From Candidatus Heimdallarchaeota archaeon (GTDB lineage: Archaea > Asgardarchaeota > Heimdallarchaeia > Hodarchaeales > Hodarchaeaceae): a stretch of DNA of 64,000 bases. This document shows positions 19,060-29,902 of the stretch, in pieces. The translations under genes were made by a program, and so were the position numbers. Position 1 is the first letter of the stretch. Each line of letters starts with the position of its first letter. The stretch spans positions 633,722-697,721 of the forward strand of contig CP070695.1 of NCBI GenBank assembly GCA_020353515.1, written 5' to 3'. The notes below the pieces were generated by a model that ran no database searches, was not told where the DNA came from, and was given only the letters and a program-made list of their open reading frames with translations.

Positions 19060-19957
19060 GTTTCTTTTCGACCTTGGAAAAAAATTTCTGGTTTTTCCTC
19101 GAAATGGTAATTTTTTTAATATTCTTATAATCCAATTAGGGAGTCCCTCCCTTAATGGATTTTTTCACCTTTTTTGTCGTTTTTCTTAAAGTTGAAATTC
19201 CCCGAAGAACCCGGTTTTAAGAAAAATAAGCCGACAAAAAAAGTTTTGCTGGATTACTTCTACACACCCATGACACTTGATGATACAAAAACTAACCATA
19301 GCTAAAAATTGTAGGATTCAAATAAAACATGGAGAAAATCATCAAGTTGAGAAAAGGTGGAAAGAAAAGGAGGTTTGCGGTAACCATAAAAAAGTTAAGC
19401 GAACTGAAGCCTTTTCTTTCTTGTATAAGATTATTACATACAAGATTATAAGTTTTCCCGTATAAACGAATCCTATTTTTATGAAAATAGAGCCCTTCTC
19501 ACTGTTTTTTACTTCGACAGGTGGATGCATAAACATGAGGCAATGACTTGAGGGAATGTGAATCTGATATCACATGAAGAACTTTCAGGTCATGGATGAG
19601 AAAATACCTAGTGATAACCGAGGCATAAGCTGGCGAGTTACTTTGAAGGACTTTTCAAGTAGGAATGTTACTAGAGACTTAGTGTAGTTTGGCACCAATT
19701 AATTACTTACATGTCAGTTCTTAAAAAATACGCCTTGACATAACTTAGAATACACTTAAATGTCTTTTATTGATGAGTAGGAACTTGCTATTAGTTGATT
19801 TCTATATTGGAGTTTCCTTCTGGCTGGAAATTATGAATAAGATATTTTCTCCTGAAAAATATCAATTGGACTACTAAATACTGATAAGTACATAGTTTCA
19901 TTGATAAAAGTAGAGATAAAAATATGTCTTTCATGTGAATCAAAGCATATAAAATGA

Positions 19958-20647
19958 TTATTCTGGTAAAAGACGTCTTTTCCAATCTTCAACAGCTTTA
20001 TTAATCTCTTCTTTAACTTTAGATAACATTTCTGGACCGATAGTTCTGCTTTGGACATGTTTTTCTAATTTGAGAACGAAACGATTCATTTCATAAGAAA
20101 TTGTTCCTGAATTGACCAATGTGAACAAGTCATCTTTTGCAGCTTGAGTAATACTAATCAAATCATTGGCAGAGACTGCTTGGTTTACTTTGTGAGAGAA
20201 TGAATCGAAAAAAGTCAGAATTTTACGCTGATTAGGAGCCTGAAGTCTTTCACGTTCTTTTATCTCAATAGCGACGCCTTCAATTGCATTAGAGATAATT
20301 GGCTGAAGACGACGCATCTCATGGATGATTGTGGTCTCAAGATTTTCATCAACAATAGCGGTAAGCACTACTTTAGGATTGGAATCGATTACAGTAGAGA
20401 GAAGTAGCCCTCCACTTGTTCGAACAGACATATTAACGAAATTTCCTTCTAACTCCCGTGCGATTGTGTCTCCTGTTGAAATAACAAGACTACTCAGGGC
20501 GCTGAGAGCTACCTCAACGTCTTCCGTATCGATTTTTGATCGAGTTACTATTGGTAACCCTGAAATGTCTGACAAAACACAGATCTTAGCTCCAAGCTCT
20601 ACAATAGAGTCAATAAGTACAGATAACGATTCTACATCAGTACTCAC
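19958..20647 (-). CDS. Roadblock/LC7-domain protein with C-terminal helical domain
   Basis: 'CVLSDISGLPIV...ALSALSSLVISTGDTIAREL...MSVRTSGGLLL...VVLTAIV'. Confidence 0.8.
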   Translation of the reverse strand: MSTDVESLSVLIDSIVELGAKICVLSDISGLPIVTRSKIDTEDVEVALSALSSLVISTGDTIARELEGNFVNMSVRTSGGLLLSTVIDSNPKVVLTAIVDENLETTIIHEMRRLQPIISNAIEGVAIEIKERERLQAPNQRKILTFFDSFSHKVNQAVSANDLISITQAAKDDLFTLVNSGTISYEMNRFVLKLEKHVQSRTIGPEMLSKVKEEINKAVEDWKRRLLPE

Positions 20648-20904
20648 AGAGAAAACCTTCTTCGAGTGTTACTGTGAATTAATCATCCTACTTAATTCAA
20701 AATTAAAAAAGGCTTGCAAAATGAAACTTAAATTTTCTTCAAGCATTGAAAGTTGTCGGATTTCGATCATTTAAAATAATCCGACAATATTAGAAGAAAT
20801 TAAAGAAATAAAAGAATTTAAGTACGTAGTGATGAAACAAAGTATTTGGCAACTCATCGCGATCATTTCAGGTTTTTTGTTCTAGTTCAACAATAAAAAG
20901 GAGC

Positions 20905-22125
20905 ATGAAAACATTAAAAGAAGGTTCACTCATGGAACTCTCCCCAAATGTTGTAAATATAAAATATGCGATTAGAGATATTGTAATCTTAGCGAAAAAG
21001 GTAGAAAAACAGGGAAAAAGGCTATATTACTTCAATATAGGTGATCCTGATAAATTTGACTTTGATACTCCTGATTTTTTAAAGCAAGCATTAGTAGATG
21101 CAATTACAAAAGATTGTGCCAACTATTATGCAGATTCAGCGGGGGACCCTAGACTACGTGAGGAAATAGTAAAAAGACGGAAAAGGCTTTGGGGAACAGA
21201 CACTGACCCAAACAAGATTTTGGTCACATCAGGGGTTTCGGAAGCGATTTCATTCATTTCTGCAAGTATAAAAGCTGGAATGGAAATCTTAATCCCTTCT
21301 CCCGCTTATCCTCCTTATCTATCGTATTTTAATTACCATAATATCAAACCAGTAGAGTATTACACCGTAGAAACTGAAGGTTGGCAACCTGATATTGAGG
21401 ATATTAGGAAGAAAATATCAGACAAAACCCAAGCAATCTTAATGATCAACCCAAACAATCCAACAGGAGCAGTCTACTCTCAAAGTATGGTGAAGCAGAT
21501 AGCGGATCTTGCTGGTGAACATAATCTTCTACTAATCTCTGATGAAATCTATGATTTATTAACATATGAAAAAGGTTTTTTTCGTTCAGTGACTTCCTTA
21601 ACAGACATCCCTGTTTTAGTACTCAATGGTATTTCTAAAACGTTACTTTCACCTGGATGGCGATTGGGATGGGCAATATTAAAAGATGAAAATGATGTAT
21701 ACTCTGAGTTCTGGGAGGCATTAGCAAAACAGTCACGGATTCGATTATGTGCAAATAGTCCAGTACAAGTAGCAGTAAGTAAAATCCTAAATAAAGAAAT
21801 GGATTTCTTAGCTACTGTCATAGAGAAATTGAAAGATCGTGCAAACTATTTTTCCAAAAGGATAAACGAAATGAATGGATTATCAGTCGTTAAACCCAAA
21901 GGTGCCTTTTACGCATTCCCTCGAATTGATCTAGAAATTGATGACCGTCGTTTCGTAATGGATCTCCTTCAAGAGACGGGTGTTCTTTTTGTCTTCGGAA
22001 GTGGTTTTGGAGAACTTGGAAAAGGCCATTTCCGATCTGTTGTGCTTCCTGAGGTTTCAATTATGAGGGAGGCTATGGATCATGTTGAATCCTTTATAAA
22101 AACCAAATTAGATGTGATGAACTAA
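20905..22125 (+). CDS. PLP-dependent class I/II aminotransferase (alanine aminotransferase-like); start may be 20932
   Basis: YAIRDIV, FNIGDP, NPNNPTG, SDEIYD, NGISK..PGWRLGW. Confidence 0.92.
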   Translation: MKTLKEGSLMELSPNVVNIKYAIRDIVILAKKVEKQGKRLYYFNIGDPDKFDFDTPDFLKQALVDAITKDCANYYADSAGDPRLREEIVKRRKRLWGTDTDPNKILVTSGVSEAISFISASIKAGMEILIPSPAYPPYLSYFNYHNIKPVEYYTVETEGWQPDIEDIRKKISDKTQAILMINPNNPTGAVYSQSMVKQIADLAGEHNLLLISDEIYDLLTYEKGFFRSVTSLTDIPVLVLNGISKTLLSPGWRLGWAILKDENDVYSEFWEALAKQSRIRLCANSPVQVAVSKILNKEMDFLATVIEKLKDRANYFSKRINEMNGLSVVKPKGAFYAFPRIDLEIDDRRFVMDLLQETGVLFVFGSGFGELGKGHFRSVVLPEVSIMREAMDHVESFIKTKLDVMN

Positions 22126-22366
22126 GAAGAAAATGAAATTAATAATCTAAAAAGAGTAGTTCGCTTTTTGAAAGTGTTATAGGAAGTATTAATCTATTGA
22201 GTGAAAGTATTACTACTGAATAATTTCCGATGAGAGTTTAGAGATATTACTGGACCTTGGAGAATTATTTATATTATAGGTCTGTAAATATTAAAAATAG
22301 TTTCCTACTCACTTTTCAAGCTGTTTTCATGTATATTTAACTTAATTACAGCGGATAGAGGCCATC

Positions 22367-22849
22367 ATGACGAGGATCGATGAAATAAAAAAGATCGAAA
22401 TTTACCCTATTATCGACGTTGAAAGTCATCTCAATGTGAAAGGATTGAAGGATGAAGATGGTCGGAACAGAACAGGATTTTTTATTACTGGCATGCGATT
22501 TATCAATATTGAACAGCCAGAGCCGCGACGTATTCGGGCTCGAATTTCTTGGAATGTAGAAAATCAAGCAATTGAAGTGGAGGAAAATGTATCTAGTATG
22601 ATGAAACGAGGGATAGCTCTCTCTGTTTTTTTTCTACAAATAAAGAAAGGAGAGAATGGCTTGGAGTTTCAAGAACCAGTTATAGTAAGGGGGAATCCTG
22701 AGATCACAGAACGTATTTTTGAAGGTGCTTCAATTCGTTGCGCCTGGTCTAATAATCCACTAATGATGGAGCTTTCTTCTGTAGAAGGCCGCTTTCTATC
22801 CTCTAACTTACGAACAAAACAACAAATAGTTGAGGTTCGAATCGGTTAA
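22367..22849 (+). CDS. Hypothetical protein
   Basis: 160-aa ORF with a GAGG SD; no recognised motif. Confidence 0.6.
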   Translation: MTRIDEIKKIEIYPIIDVESHLNVKGLKDEDGRNRTGFFITGMRFINIEQPEPRRIRARISWNVENQAIEVEENVSSMMKRGIALSVFFLQIKKGENGLEFQEPVIVRGNPEITERIFEGASIRCAWSNNPLMMELSSVEGRFLSSNLRTKQQIVEVRIG

Positions 22850-22948
22850 CAGTGAAATAATCTTCAAAATTAAGATTATTAATAATTCTCACATTATTTA
22901 TATTATACATAATTTAATTAAATTTAGTAGTATTAATCCATAGAAGGT

Positions 22949-24178
22949 GTGATACCTGTGCCTCTAGAAGATGAGGAACTTAGAAGAATTATGAAGATAC
23001 CTGATGACCAAGAATTGCCTCCGGATGCCTTGTGTGATGTTATGATTCGGGCGTTAGAGTCACATCAACTACTTATTCGTTCATCAGCAGTCAATCAGTT
23101 AGTTATAGTTGGAAAAAGCCATCCCCAAATGGCTATATCAAAAATACTTTCAGCCTTAGACCCTTCCATTGATTATTGGACTGTTAGATTTGGAGCTGTA
23201 GAAGCTCTAGGTGAAATAGCAAATAAATCAACTATACCTCCATTGCTTGAGTATTTAGAAACAGATGAAGACCCAGACTTCCGTGCTATGGTTGCCAAAC
23301 AACTAGGGGAGATGAGAGATGTAGCCAAGGAGGCAGGATCAGGACTCATTAAAGCGTTGTCCGATCAGGAAAGCTCTGATATTCGAGAAAATGCTGCCCT
23401 TGCATTAGGACAGATCAAAATTCCTCATGCTGTAGAACCTTTAATTGCTGCTCTTGAAAAGGAAAAGGAAGCATATGCCCGTCGTCAGATGTGCTGGAGT
23501 CTGGGTGAATTAAGTAATTCTCAAGCAAATCCTGTGTTAATAAAGACTCTAAAGGATAAAGATAAGGAAACTCGTGGAAATGCTGCAGAGGCCTTGGGAA
23601 AAATAAGGGATAGTACTTCAGTTCTTCCTTTATTAGCAGCAGCTAAAGATAGAGATGTGGATGTTCAAGCGAAGGTGATCTGGGCTTTAAAGCAATTATC
23701 TTCGGAAACCATTGTTTCAGAAGTTGAGAATGCCGCACAGGGAGACAGTTTAGTCGCAATTCAATATTATGGTGATTATTTATTTAATGTAGACAATGAT
23801 GAAGTAGCTAGGATTTGTAAGGAAATAAAAAATCCGATCATTGCAGAATATCAGAGTGAATTGGGGAAGATTAAGACCGAACTGGAACGATGCAAAGTTT
23901 TTGTGTCTGAAACTTTTGCAAAACTTGCCAATCTATCCTCAGAGGAATTGGATAATCTCCTTCAAAGAGATATTCCCGCTATCGAATCTAGGATTGGTGG
24001 AATTTCGCTTTATAAGTACCGTAAATATAAATGGATTGAGAACGATCTTTTTTTCGATTTAGACGAAGCTAACAAATTATATAAGGAATCAGGCGTCATG
24101 ATATCCGAGCTTCGAGACAATGTTCAAGCTTTGCAGAAAAAGAAAGGAGTTGAAATTTCTCAAACAGAAGTAACCTAG
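22949..24178 (+). CDS. HEAT-repeat (PBS lyase-like) protein with C-terminal helical/coiled-coil region
   Basis: Tandem 'VRxxAaxALGxI...avxpLixaL.D.d' repeats. Confidence 0.9.
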   Translation: MIPVPLEDEELRRIMKIPDDQELPPDALCDVMIRALESHQLLIRSSAVNQLVIVGKSHPQMAISKILSALDPSIDYWTVRFGAVEALGEIANKSTIPPLLEYLETDEDPDFRAMVAKQLGEMRDVAKEAGSGLIKALSDQESSDIRENAALALGQIKIPHAVEPLIAALEKEKEAYARRQMCWSLGELSNSQANPVLIKTLKDKDKETRGNAAEALGKIRDSTSVLPLLAAAKDRDVDVQAKVIWALKQLSSETIVSEVENAAQGDSLVAIQYYGDYLFNVDNDEVARICKEIKNPIIAEYQSELGKIKTELERCKVFVSETFAKLANLSSEELDNLLQRDIPAIESRIGGISLYKYRKYKWIENDLFFDLDEANKLYKESGVMISELRDNVQALQKKKGVEISQTEVT

Positions 24179-24310
24179 ATGTGAAAGAATCTCACACTGA
24201 AGGAATTTTGATATGTAATCTCCTGCTTTACTAGATTTTAAAGGTGGTTTACACATAATAAAGAGGAGGATTTTAATAAACGTAAACCAATTATTTGTCA
24301 TTCTAACTTT

Positions 24311-24457
24311 TTAATCCATTCGAATAATTTTTACACGTTTTCCTATCCACGATGGGGGTAAATATACCCTTCCGCTGTTCCCGCTTTTTTTTACTTCTTT
24401 TTCTAGCATTTCTTCGCCATATACTTCGAATTTACTTTGACGGATGAGTTCACTCAA
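24311..24457 (-). CDS. DUF2080-family small protein (48 aa; absent from the supplied ORF track)
   Basis: Manual translation from TTG: MSELIRQSKFEVYGEEMLEKEVKKSGNSGRVYLPPSWIGKRVKIIRMD; 'GNSGRVYLP..W.GK.V.I' motif; starts 13 nt after the GNAT stop. Confidence 0.85.
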   Translation of the reverse strand: MSELIRQSKFEVYGEEMLEKEVKKSGNSGRVYLPPSWIGKRVKIIRMD

Positions 24458-24470
24458 TATATTCCTGCTC

Positions 24471-24938
24471 CTAAGATCCAATATTCAATTCCAAAGTCAA
24501 ATAAGTGGATAGGTCAAATCCGACAGAGCTAAAGAATTCGACTAAGTCACCCCAATTCCATGCACAGATGGTACGAATCGTTTTGATTCCTTTTTGATTG
24601 AAATAATCAAGAGCTTGTTTCACTAGAGCTGTTCCTACTCCTTGATCCTGATATTCAGGATCAACACCAAGTAAAATAATCCAAGCGCTTAAATCATCAG
24701 TTCCGTAAATATATACAACAGTTTCAGCGATCAGATATCCCACGAGTTTCCCCTTAGAGGTAACTGCACCGAAACTCTCATCACCATGTTTTGTGATTTG
24801 TTCCATTAATTGGTTGCGAAATAAATCTGAGCGCTTTCTTCGAAGGATTTTCTCGTCAATTTCAATAATAGTATCAATATCATCTACTTTGAGAGGTCGA
24901 AAGCTTAAATCAGTGTTCAGTTCTTTAGTCGGAGTCAT
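24471..24938 (-). CDS. GNAT-family N-acetyltransferase
   Basis: LGVDPEYQDQGVGTALV acetyl-CoA motif A; FFSSVGF. Confidence 0.92.
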   Translation of the reverse strand: MTPTKELNTDLSFRPLKVDDIDTIIEIDEKILRRKRSDLFRNQLMEQITKHGDESFGAVTSKGKLVGYLIAETVVYIYGTDDLSAWIILLGVDPEYQDQGVGTALVKQALDYFNQKGIKTIRTICAWNWGDLVEFFSSVGFDLSTYLTLELNIGS

Positions 24939-25054
24939 ATTTGTCCACTCTTGCTATGATTCGTTTGATTTAAGACACAAAATAAATACTTTGTCACTTT
25001 CTGAGTGATTCGAAATAGATTAAGCTCAGATAGATAATATTAGTTTTAAGAGTA

Positions 25055-26173
25055 CTAATCTTTTAAATTTAAATTATAGCGATAAATAAGTCTTTTCTTG
25101 CAACGTGAGGTTACTGATGCTAATAGAATGAAAAAGTTCAACGTATTAAGGATTAAAAAGTTAGTTTGGTAATTAATGGTTGTAAGATTCGTTAGCCACC
25201 CCTCTGAGGTCAAAAGTTGAATAAGTGTTGATTCAAGGGTCAATCCTACTGCGTTTATAGTGTGCATATCAATAAATGTCATATTGTCAAAGCTTGTATG
25301 CCATGGTTTGAATCGATGGACAAAATCATCTATAATATCAACAGCAGGGATATCATTTTCTATAAGAGGAAGATGATCATCTATTATTCGAGATCCAGTT
25401 TGGTTTATAAAATACTTGTTAAATCCTAATTTATCAGCTTCATTCCATATTTTAGTAACAAGTGTTCCTGCATATTGATCAGAATACTTTTCTCTTTTAA
25501 ATGTGGCATTTTTTCCTGCAACCATATCTAATAAGATTGCAAATGACAGATTTTGACTTTTAAATTCTTGGGACTCAACATAGAATCTTGATCCAAGAAG
25601 CCAGTCCCAACCCAAAATTTGTCCCTGATCTTCCCCATCGAAGAAAACTAGTTGGAAATTTGAATAATTATACTCCTTGAATAATGTTTTTCCAAGTTCC
25701 AATGCTATAGCTACTCCTGAGGCACCATCATTTGCTCCAAGGACTGGTTCTTTACGTTTTGAAAGATCAGGATCTTTATCAGCCCATAAACGCGTATCAT
25801 AATGAGCCATTAGTAGAAAAAATGGTTGTGTAAAATTAGGAGAAATCGGGGTACAAATAATATTAACTAAAATAACATCTTGATCATCCCATTTTTTGGA
25901 GAAATTTTGGTAGATAATAACCCAATTTTGGGTTGGAAGGAGTTCCGAAGCAATCAGGTGCCTAACTTCTTCAATACCTTCAGAACCAGGATAGCGCGAA
26001 CCTAAATCAACTTGTTTCTGTATGAAATCGTAAGCAAGTGTGGCATTAAACTTAAATGTTTTAACAGAAGAGTGATAATTCGATAAAGAGAAACTAGAAT
26101 GAACATTACTTAGTATTAAAAGTGGTGAGCAGGTAACAACAAACAGTATAGTCAAATCATACTTCCGTTTCAT
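25055..26173 (-). CDS. Secreted/membrane-anchored M28 peptidase (glutaminyl cyclase-like)
   Basis: Signal peptide; AHYDTR, GANDGASG, FFDGED, LLDM, DDHLP, WHTSFD; C-terminal hydrophobic anchor. Confidence 0.88.
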   Translation of the reverse strand: MKRKYDLTILFVVTCSPLLILSNVHSSFSLSNYHSSVKTFKFNATLAYDFIQKQVDLGSRYPGSEGIEEVRHLIASELLPTQNWVIIYQNFSKKWDDQDVILVNIICTPISPNFTQPFFLLMAHYDTRLWADKDPDLSKRKEPVLGANDGASGVAIALELGKTLFKEYNYSNFQLVFFDGEDQGQILGWDWLLGSRFYVESQEFKSQNLSFAILLDMVAGKNATFKREKYSDQYAGTLVTKIWNEADKLGFNKYFINQTGSRIIDDHLPLIENDIPAVDIIDDFVHRFKPWHTSFDNMTFIDMHTINAVGLTLESTLIQLLTSEGWLTNLTTINYQTNFLILNTLNFFILLASVTSRCKKRLIYRYNLNLKD

Positions 26174-27053
26174 TATTTTTCGCTGATTCCCATTCTGCTA
26201 CAATATCACGCGCCTCATTGGCATACTTTAAGGCTTTTTTGTTAAGAGACTCCATATTTAATTTTTTAGAACTTTCTGCTGTTTCAATTTGTTTTATACT
26301 ATCATCAGCAACCTCTGTATATTCATCCATGTTTTCATTCTCTGCTGCTTCGCGAGCTATTTTTAAGGCGTCAAGGGCTTCTTGGAATTTTTGATCCTTT
26401 GCAGATATTAAGCCTTTAGCAATTAAGCCTGAAATCATTGCCTCAATCTTTTCAGATGCCAGAGATCTTTTAAGAATCTCATCAATATCATTTACATCTA
26501 AGTTAATAGTTTTCCCACTATTTCTAATTTCTCTATCACTAGATTCTAGGAGATTTGCGGTCTTTGTCGCTTCCCTAATAAATTGCCTTGTTTGATCTAA
26601 TGCCTGGGTAATTTCTTGAGAAGAAGATTGAATCATGGCTCCAAATTCACGAACAATCTTTTGACCTTCTTCACTAATTTTCTCAAAAAGTGATCCAACA
26701 ACACCAGAAATTGATCCTTTGGCAATACGTTCCTGATACTTGAGAATTTCTTGTAAAAGGTATTCGGGTGAAATATCAATGGATTCAAAGGAGACTGAAA
26801 CTGATACATCACCTCTGGCAAAATTTAATTGTACTAATTCCTTTTTTTTGAACCATTCACGTGAAATAACTAAGTTTGCACTTACGAATTCTTTCATATG
26901 ATAGGATCTTTCTAAATTTGGATCTTGATTTTGGGGAAAAAATATCATCATATTTTTCTGGAATGTAAGCAATCCTTTGACATTTTCAATATCAGTAGAT
27001 GGATCCTCGTGTTTAAGAATCACACGGAATTTTCTTGTGTCCATTTCTTCCAA
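26157..27053 (-). CDS. Hypothetical protein: possible N-terminal PH-like domain plus helical/TPR-like C-terminus
   Basis: Beta-rich ~100-aa N-terminus ending in a helix, then heptad/TPR-like helices; overlaps the M28 gene start by 17 nt. Confidence 0.5.
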   Translation of the reverse strand: MEEMDTRKFRVILKHEDPSTDIENVKGLLTFQKNMMIFFPQNQDPNLERSYHMKEFVSANLVISREWFKKKELVQLNFARGDVSVSVSFESIDISPEYLLQEILKYQERIAKGSISGVVGSLFEKISEEGQKIVREFGAMIQSSSQEITQALDQTRQFIREATKTANLLESSDREIRNSGKTINLDVNDIDEILKRSLASEKIEAMISGLIAKGLISAKDQKFQEALDALKIAREAAENENMDEYTEVADDSIKQIETAESSKKLNMESLNKKALKYANEARDIVAEWESAKNNETEV

Positions 27054-27271
27054 AGATTTATCTCCAGATTATATATTGATTCTTTACTGTTTATTGGTTA
27101 TTACAACTTACTATTTGAGACAAGAAAAAGAATTTTAAATCATTTCTCTATTGAAGCACCTAAAACCAATTAAAAAACATCAAAAGAAGACATATCTTAA
27201 AGATTAAAAAATACCACGAATGATTGTAATATACAGTCATTATTGGTCATAAGAAAGCGAAGTGCATAGGT

Positions 27272-27748
27272 GTGAACACTAAACAGAAATCCAACACTGA
27301 TTTTGATGAGATTTCATGTGGTGGGGTGCCTGTTTATTTCAAGAGGAGTCTTAAAAAGAATATAGAGCCCTTATATCTATTGGTCCAACATCGTGGCCCG
27401 TTACATTACTGGGCATTCCCCAAGGGACGTCAATCACAGGGTGAATCTTATGAGCAAACAGCCATCCGCGAAATTCGTGAGGAAACTGGCCAAACAAACT
27501 TTAAAATAATGAAAAGGCTGATAAGTGATTCGATTTATTTTCCCAAACGAGGCCCTAGAACTATCGTCAAAAAAGTAGTTTTTTTCCTGGTTAGGTTTTT
27601 TTCTAAAGAAATTAAACTCTCTACAGAACACATCAATTGGTGTTGGGCTACTTTTGAAGAAGCCCTATCATTATTAACCTTCGATGATTACCAGCGGGTA
27701 TTAAAAGAATCTCACGAGCTATTAATGACTGAAATCGAGATCATATGA
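27272..27748 (+). CDS. NUDIX hydrolase (Ap4A hydrolase-like)
   Basis: WAFPKG...GE...TAIREIREETG Nudix box; LSTEH..W.W. Confidence 0.93.
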   Translation: MNTKQKSNTDFDEISCGGVPVYFKRSLKKNIEPLYLLVQHRGPLHYWAFPKGRQSQGESYEQTAIREIREETGQTNFKIMKRLISDSIYFPKRGPRTIVKKVVFFLVRFFSKEIKLSTEHINWCWATFEEALSLLTFDDYQRVLKESHELLMTEIEII

Positions 27749-27811
27749 ATCAAAAAAGTAATAAAATAATATATGTAAAAAAAAGGGGAAAGAAAAAAAA
27801 AAGAGATCTTT

Positions 27812-29278
27812 CTAAACCCTGCCAGATACAAATTGGACTGATTTTTTCTTCTGTTTCTCAGATTGAATAATTACCGTTCGTGCCCATTTCTGAGTCAATC
27901 TCTGGTTAAGATCTGGAACCTGAGTTTGGTCTTTCACAATCAATCCTATGATGACATCTACAGGTAAAAAGAATGCTTTTCCTATTGCGGAGATGATTAT
28001 GTCCTGTAAAATGGGACGATCGCCAGTGGTTTCTGACACTACTTCGAGATTTAAGGCCATTTTACCCAAGGTTTGGCCATAATAGTGTTCCATTACTACA
28101 GTGTATACAAAGAAAATGATTGAAGAAGGACCTAGGCTAAATACCCATTGAAAGGGATTCCAGATGCCAAAAGACCAAAAGCTCCAGTCGCTGATAGTAA
28201 AGAAAATTATAGAACTCAACGCACTGGAGATTGCTCCAGTGATAAGGATATCAATTAACCAGGCCCAAAAACGAGGCCAACCTTCTGCCACAACTAGTTT
28301 ATCACCAGTTGGTTCAAATATTTCCACTTCAGTTTTCTTTGTTACTTCCTCCACGGTCTTCCGATCCTCTGAAAGGAGAATCTCACCACATCTTGAACAG
28401 AATGAACTGTCAGGCTCATTTAATGAGCCACAATTAGAACATTGAAGATTGAACTTTGGGGGAGGTCTTTCAATAGCTTCAACTCGTGTGGCCGGAGCTC
28501 CTTGGTAATATCTTACACGTTCTGCTCGTGGTTTCTTGGTTCTCAGCCCACTCCAAAGAAGGATAATACCTAATAAGGTGAGTAGGCCACCAAATACTAC
28601 GAGTACCCATCCAATAGCATTTAGAATAGGAATATTAGCTCCGATACTGAATGTAATATCAATACTATATGATTCACCTAGATCTGTATGCATAAGTATG
28701 AAGGAAATAGTTTCACCACTTGTCAAAGTTTCGTAAGAGGGATCCCATTTGAAAGAAGTGCCAGTAGTTCCGCCTTCGAACCAAGAAACACTTTCTACCG
28801 ATGGACTAGCCCAATTGGTTGTATTAGAAACAATGTCATATTCCATTTGATAGATAGGATCTTGTCTATCTTCACCAAATTCAAAACCATAATATTCAAA
28901 GTTTGTAATCTGAAGATAAGCAATACTTGTGCCTAGAAATGAGTCAGCATCATTTTTGGAGCATAATCCTAAAAAAACATCCTCAGATGTTGTTTTTCCA
29001 TGGACATCAATTTTAAACTTAACAAATTTCGCAGGATCAACTTCTATTCCTATCTGAACGTCATCAAGGGGAATGTCAAGTCGGATTGCCGAAAAATTAG
29101 CATTAAAGTCCTCAGATTGTATAGCAATTGGTGTGGTCATAAAATAACCTTCACCATCAGTAAATAATGGGACAAATAGAAGTACCGCTGAACCACCAAT
29201 AAAGATAGGAAATCCAATCAATATAATGAAGATGCCTGCAATAATTTTTATTGCACTTGTCATGTTTTGTACACTCAT
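27812..29278 (-). CDS. RDD-family membrane protein with extracellular domain and zinc ribbon
   Basis: N-terminal TM, ectodomain, TM, CSNCG...FCSRCG ribbon, then RFWAWLID, GQTLGKM and QRL of the RDD domain. Confidence 0.85.
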   Translation of the reverse strand: MSVQNMTSAIKIIAGIFIILIGFPIFIGGSAVLLFVPLFTDGEGYFMTTPIAIQSEDFNANFSAIRLDIPLDDVQIGIEVDPAKFVKFKIDVHGKTTSEDVFLGLCSKNDADSFLGTSIAYLQITNFEYYGFEFGEDRQDPIYQMEYDIVSNTTNWASPSVESVSWFEGGTTGTSFKWDPSYETLTSGETISFILMHTDLGESYSIDITFSIGANIPILNAIGWVLVVFGGLLTLLGIILLWSGLRTKKPRAERVRYYQGAPATRVEAIERPPPKFNLQCSNCGSLNEPDSSFCSRCGEILLSEDRKTVEEVTKKTEVEIFEPTGDKLVVAEGWPRFWAWLIDILITGAISSALSSIIFFTISDWSFWSFGIWNPFQWVFSLGPSSIIFFVYTVVMEHYYGQTLGKMALNLEVVSETTGDRPILQDIIISAIGKAFFLPVDVIIGLIVKDQTQVPDLNQRLTQKWARTVIIQSEKQKKKSVQFVSGRV

Positions 29279-29478
29279 TTATTTTGTTTTAATGTCTAAT
29301 CAGGGAAAGAAACGATTACAAATAAATAATTAAGGTTGCGGTATTTTTTCTCCGAATTATGCTTATTAAAACCAGTTAAAATGACTTTTTCCAGTCCCTC
29401 CCTTGTTTAAATCCTTATTAAACTTTAATTTCTCTAACCAGTGTTTTACACGCAAATATTAATCAAACCTGAAATGAT

Positions 29479-29778
29479 TTACCGTGCATCATACTTTTTC
29501 ATTGTTTTAAGCAAAGCAGTTTCTAAGTTTATATCCAGTGAATTTGCTAAACAGATAAGGGCAAAAAAGAGATCACCACATTCCTCTTTAATAAGCTTTT
29601 CCTTAGGTTTTTTCCGTTTTACACTATTTAAACCACGAACACCATAATAAGTCTGGAGTGCATGTGATAATTCCCCTAATTCTTCAGTGATTGCAGCCAA
29701 AAGCCATCCTGGATCCCAATAACCTCCATGTGCTTTAATATACTTGTCTACTTCGTCAGTTAGTTTTTTTAGATCCAT
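29479..29778 (-). CDS. MazG-like nucleotide pyrophosphohydrolase
   Basis: GYW, EELGEL, EECGDLFF..CLAN, KY..R. Confidence 0.9.
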   Translation of the reverse strand: MDLKKLTDEVDKYIKAHGGYWDPGWLLAAITEELGELSHALQTYYGVRGLNSVKRKKPKEKLIKEECGDLFFALICLANSLDINLETALLKTMKKYDAR

Positions 29779-29902
29779 GAGAATTCACTTAGTTGAAAGT
29801 AATTGGTGGTTCAAAATTTTTGAAAACTTGCAATAAACATTAAGGTATTCGAAGAAATTTTAAGATGTGAATTTTTAATTCGAAATAATAGAGGAATAAC
29901 CT

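Noticed and set aside
22832-22849. tRNA T-loop-like GGTTCGAATC
   Set aside because: It lies in the last codons of a CDS and no cloverleaf can be built around it.
24311-24457. IS200/IS605 mobile element implied by DUF2080
   Set aside because: No TnpA/TnpB ORF or terminal structures nearby.
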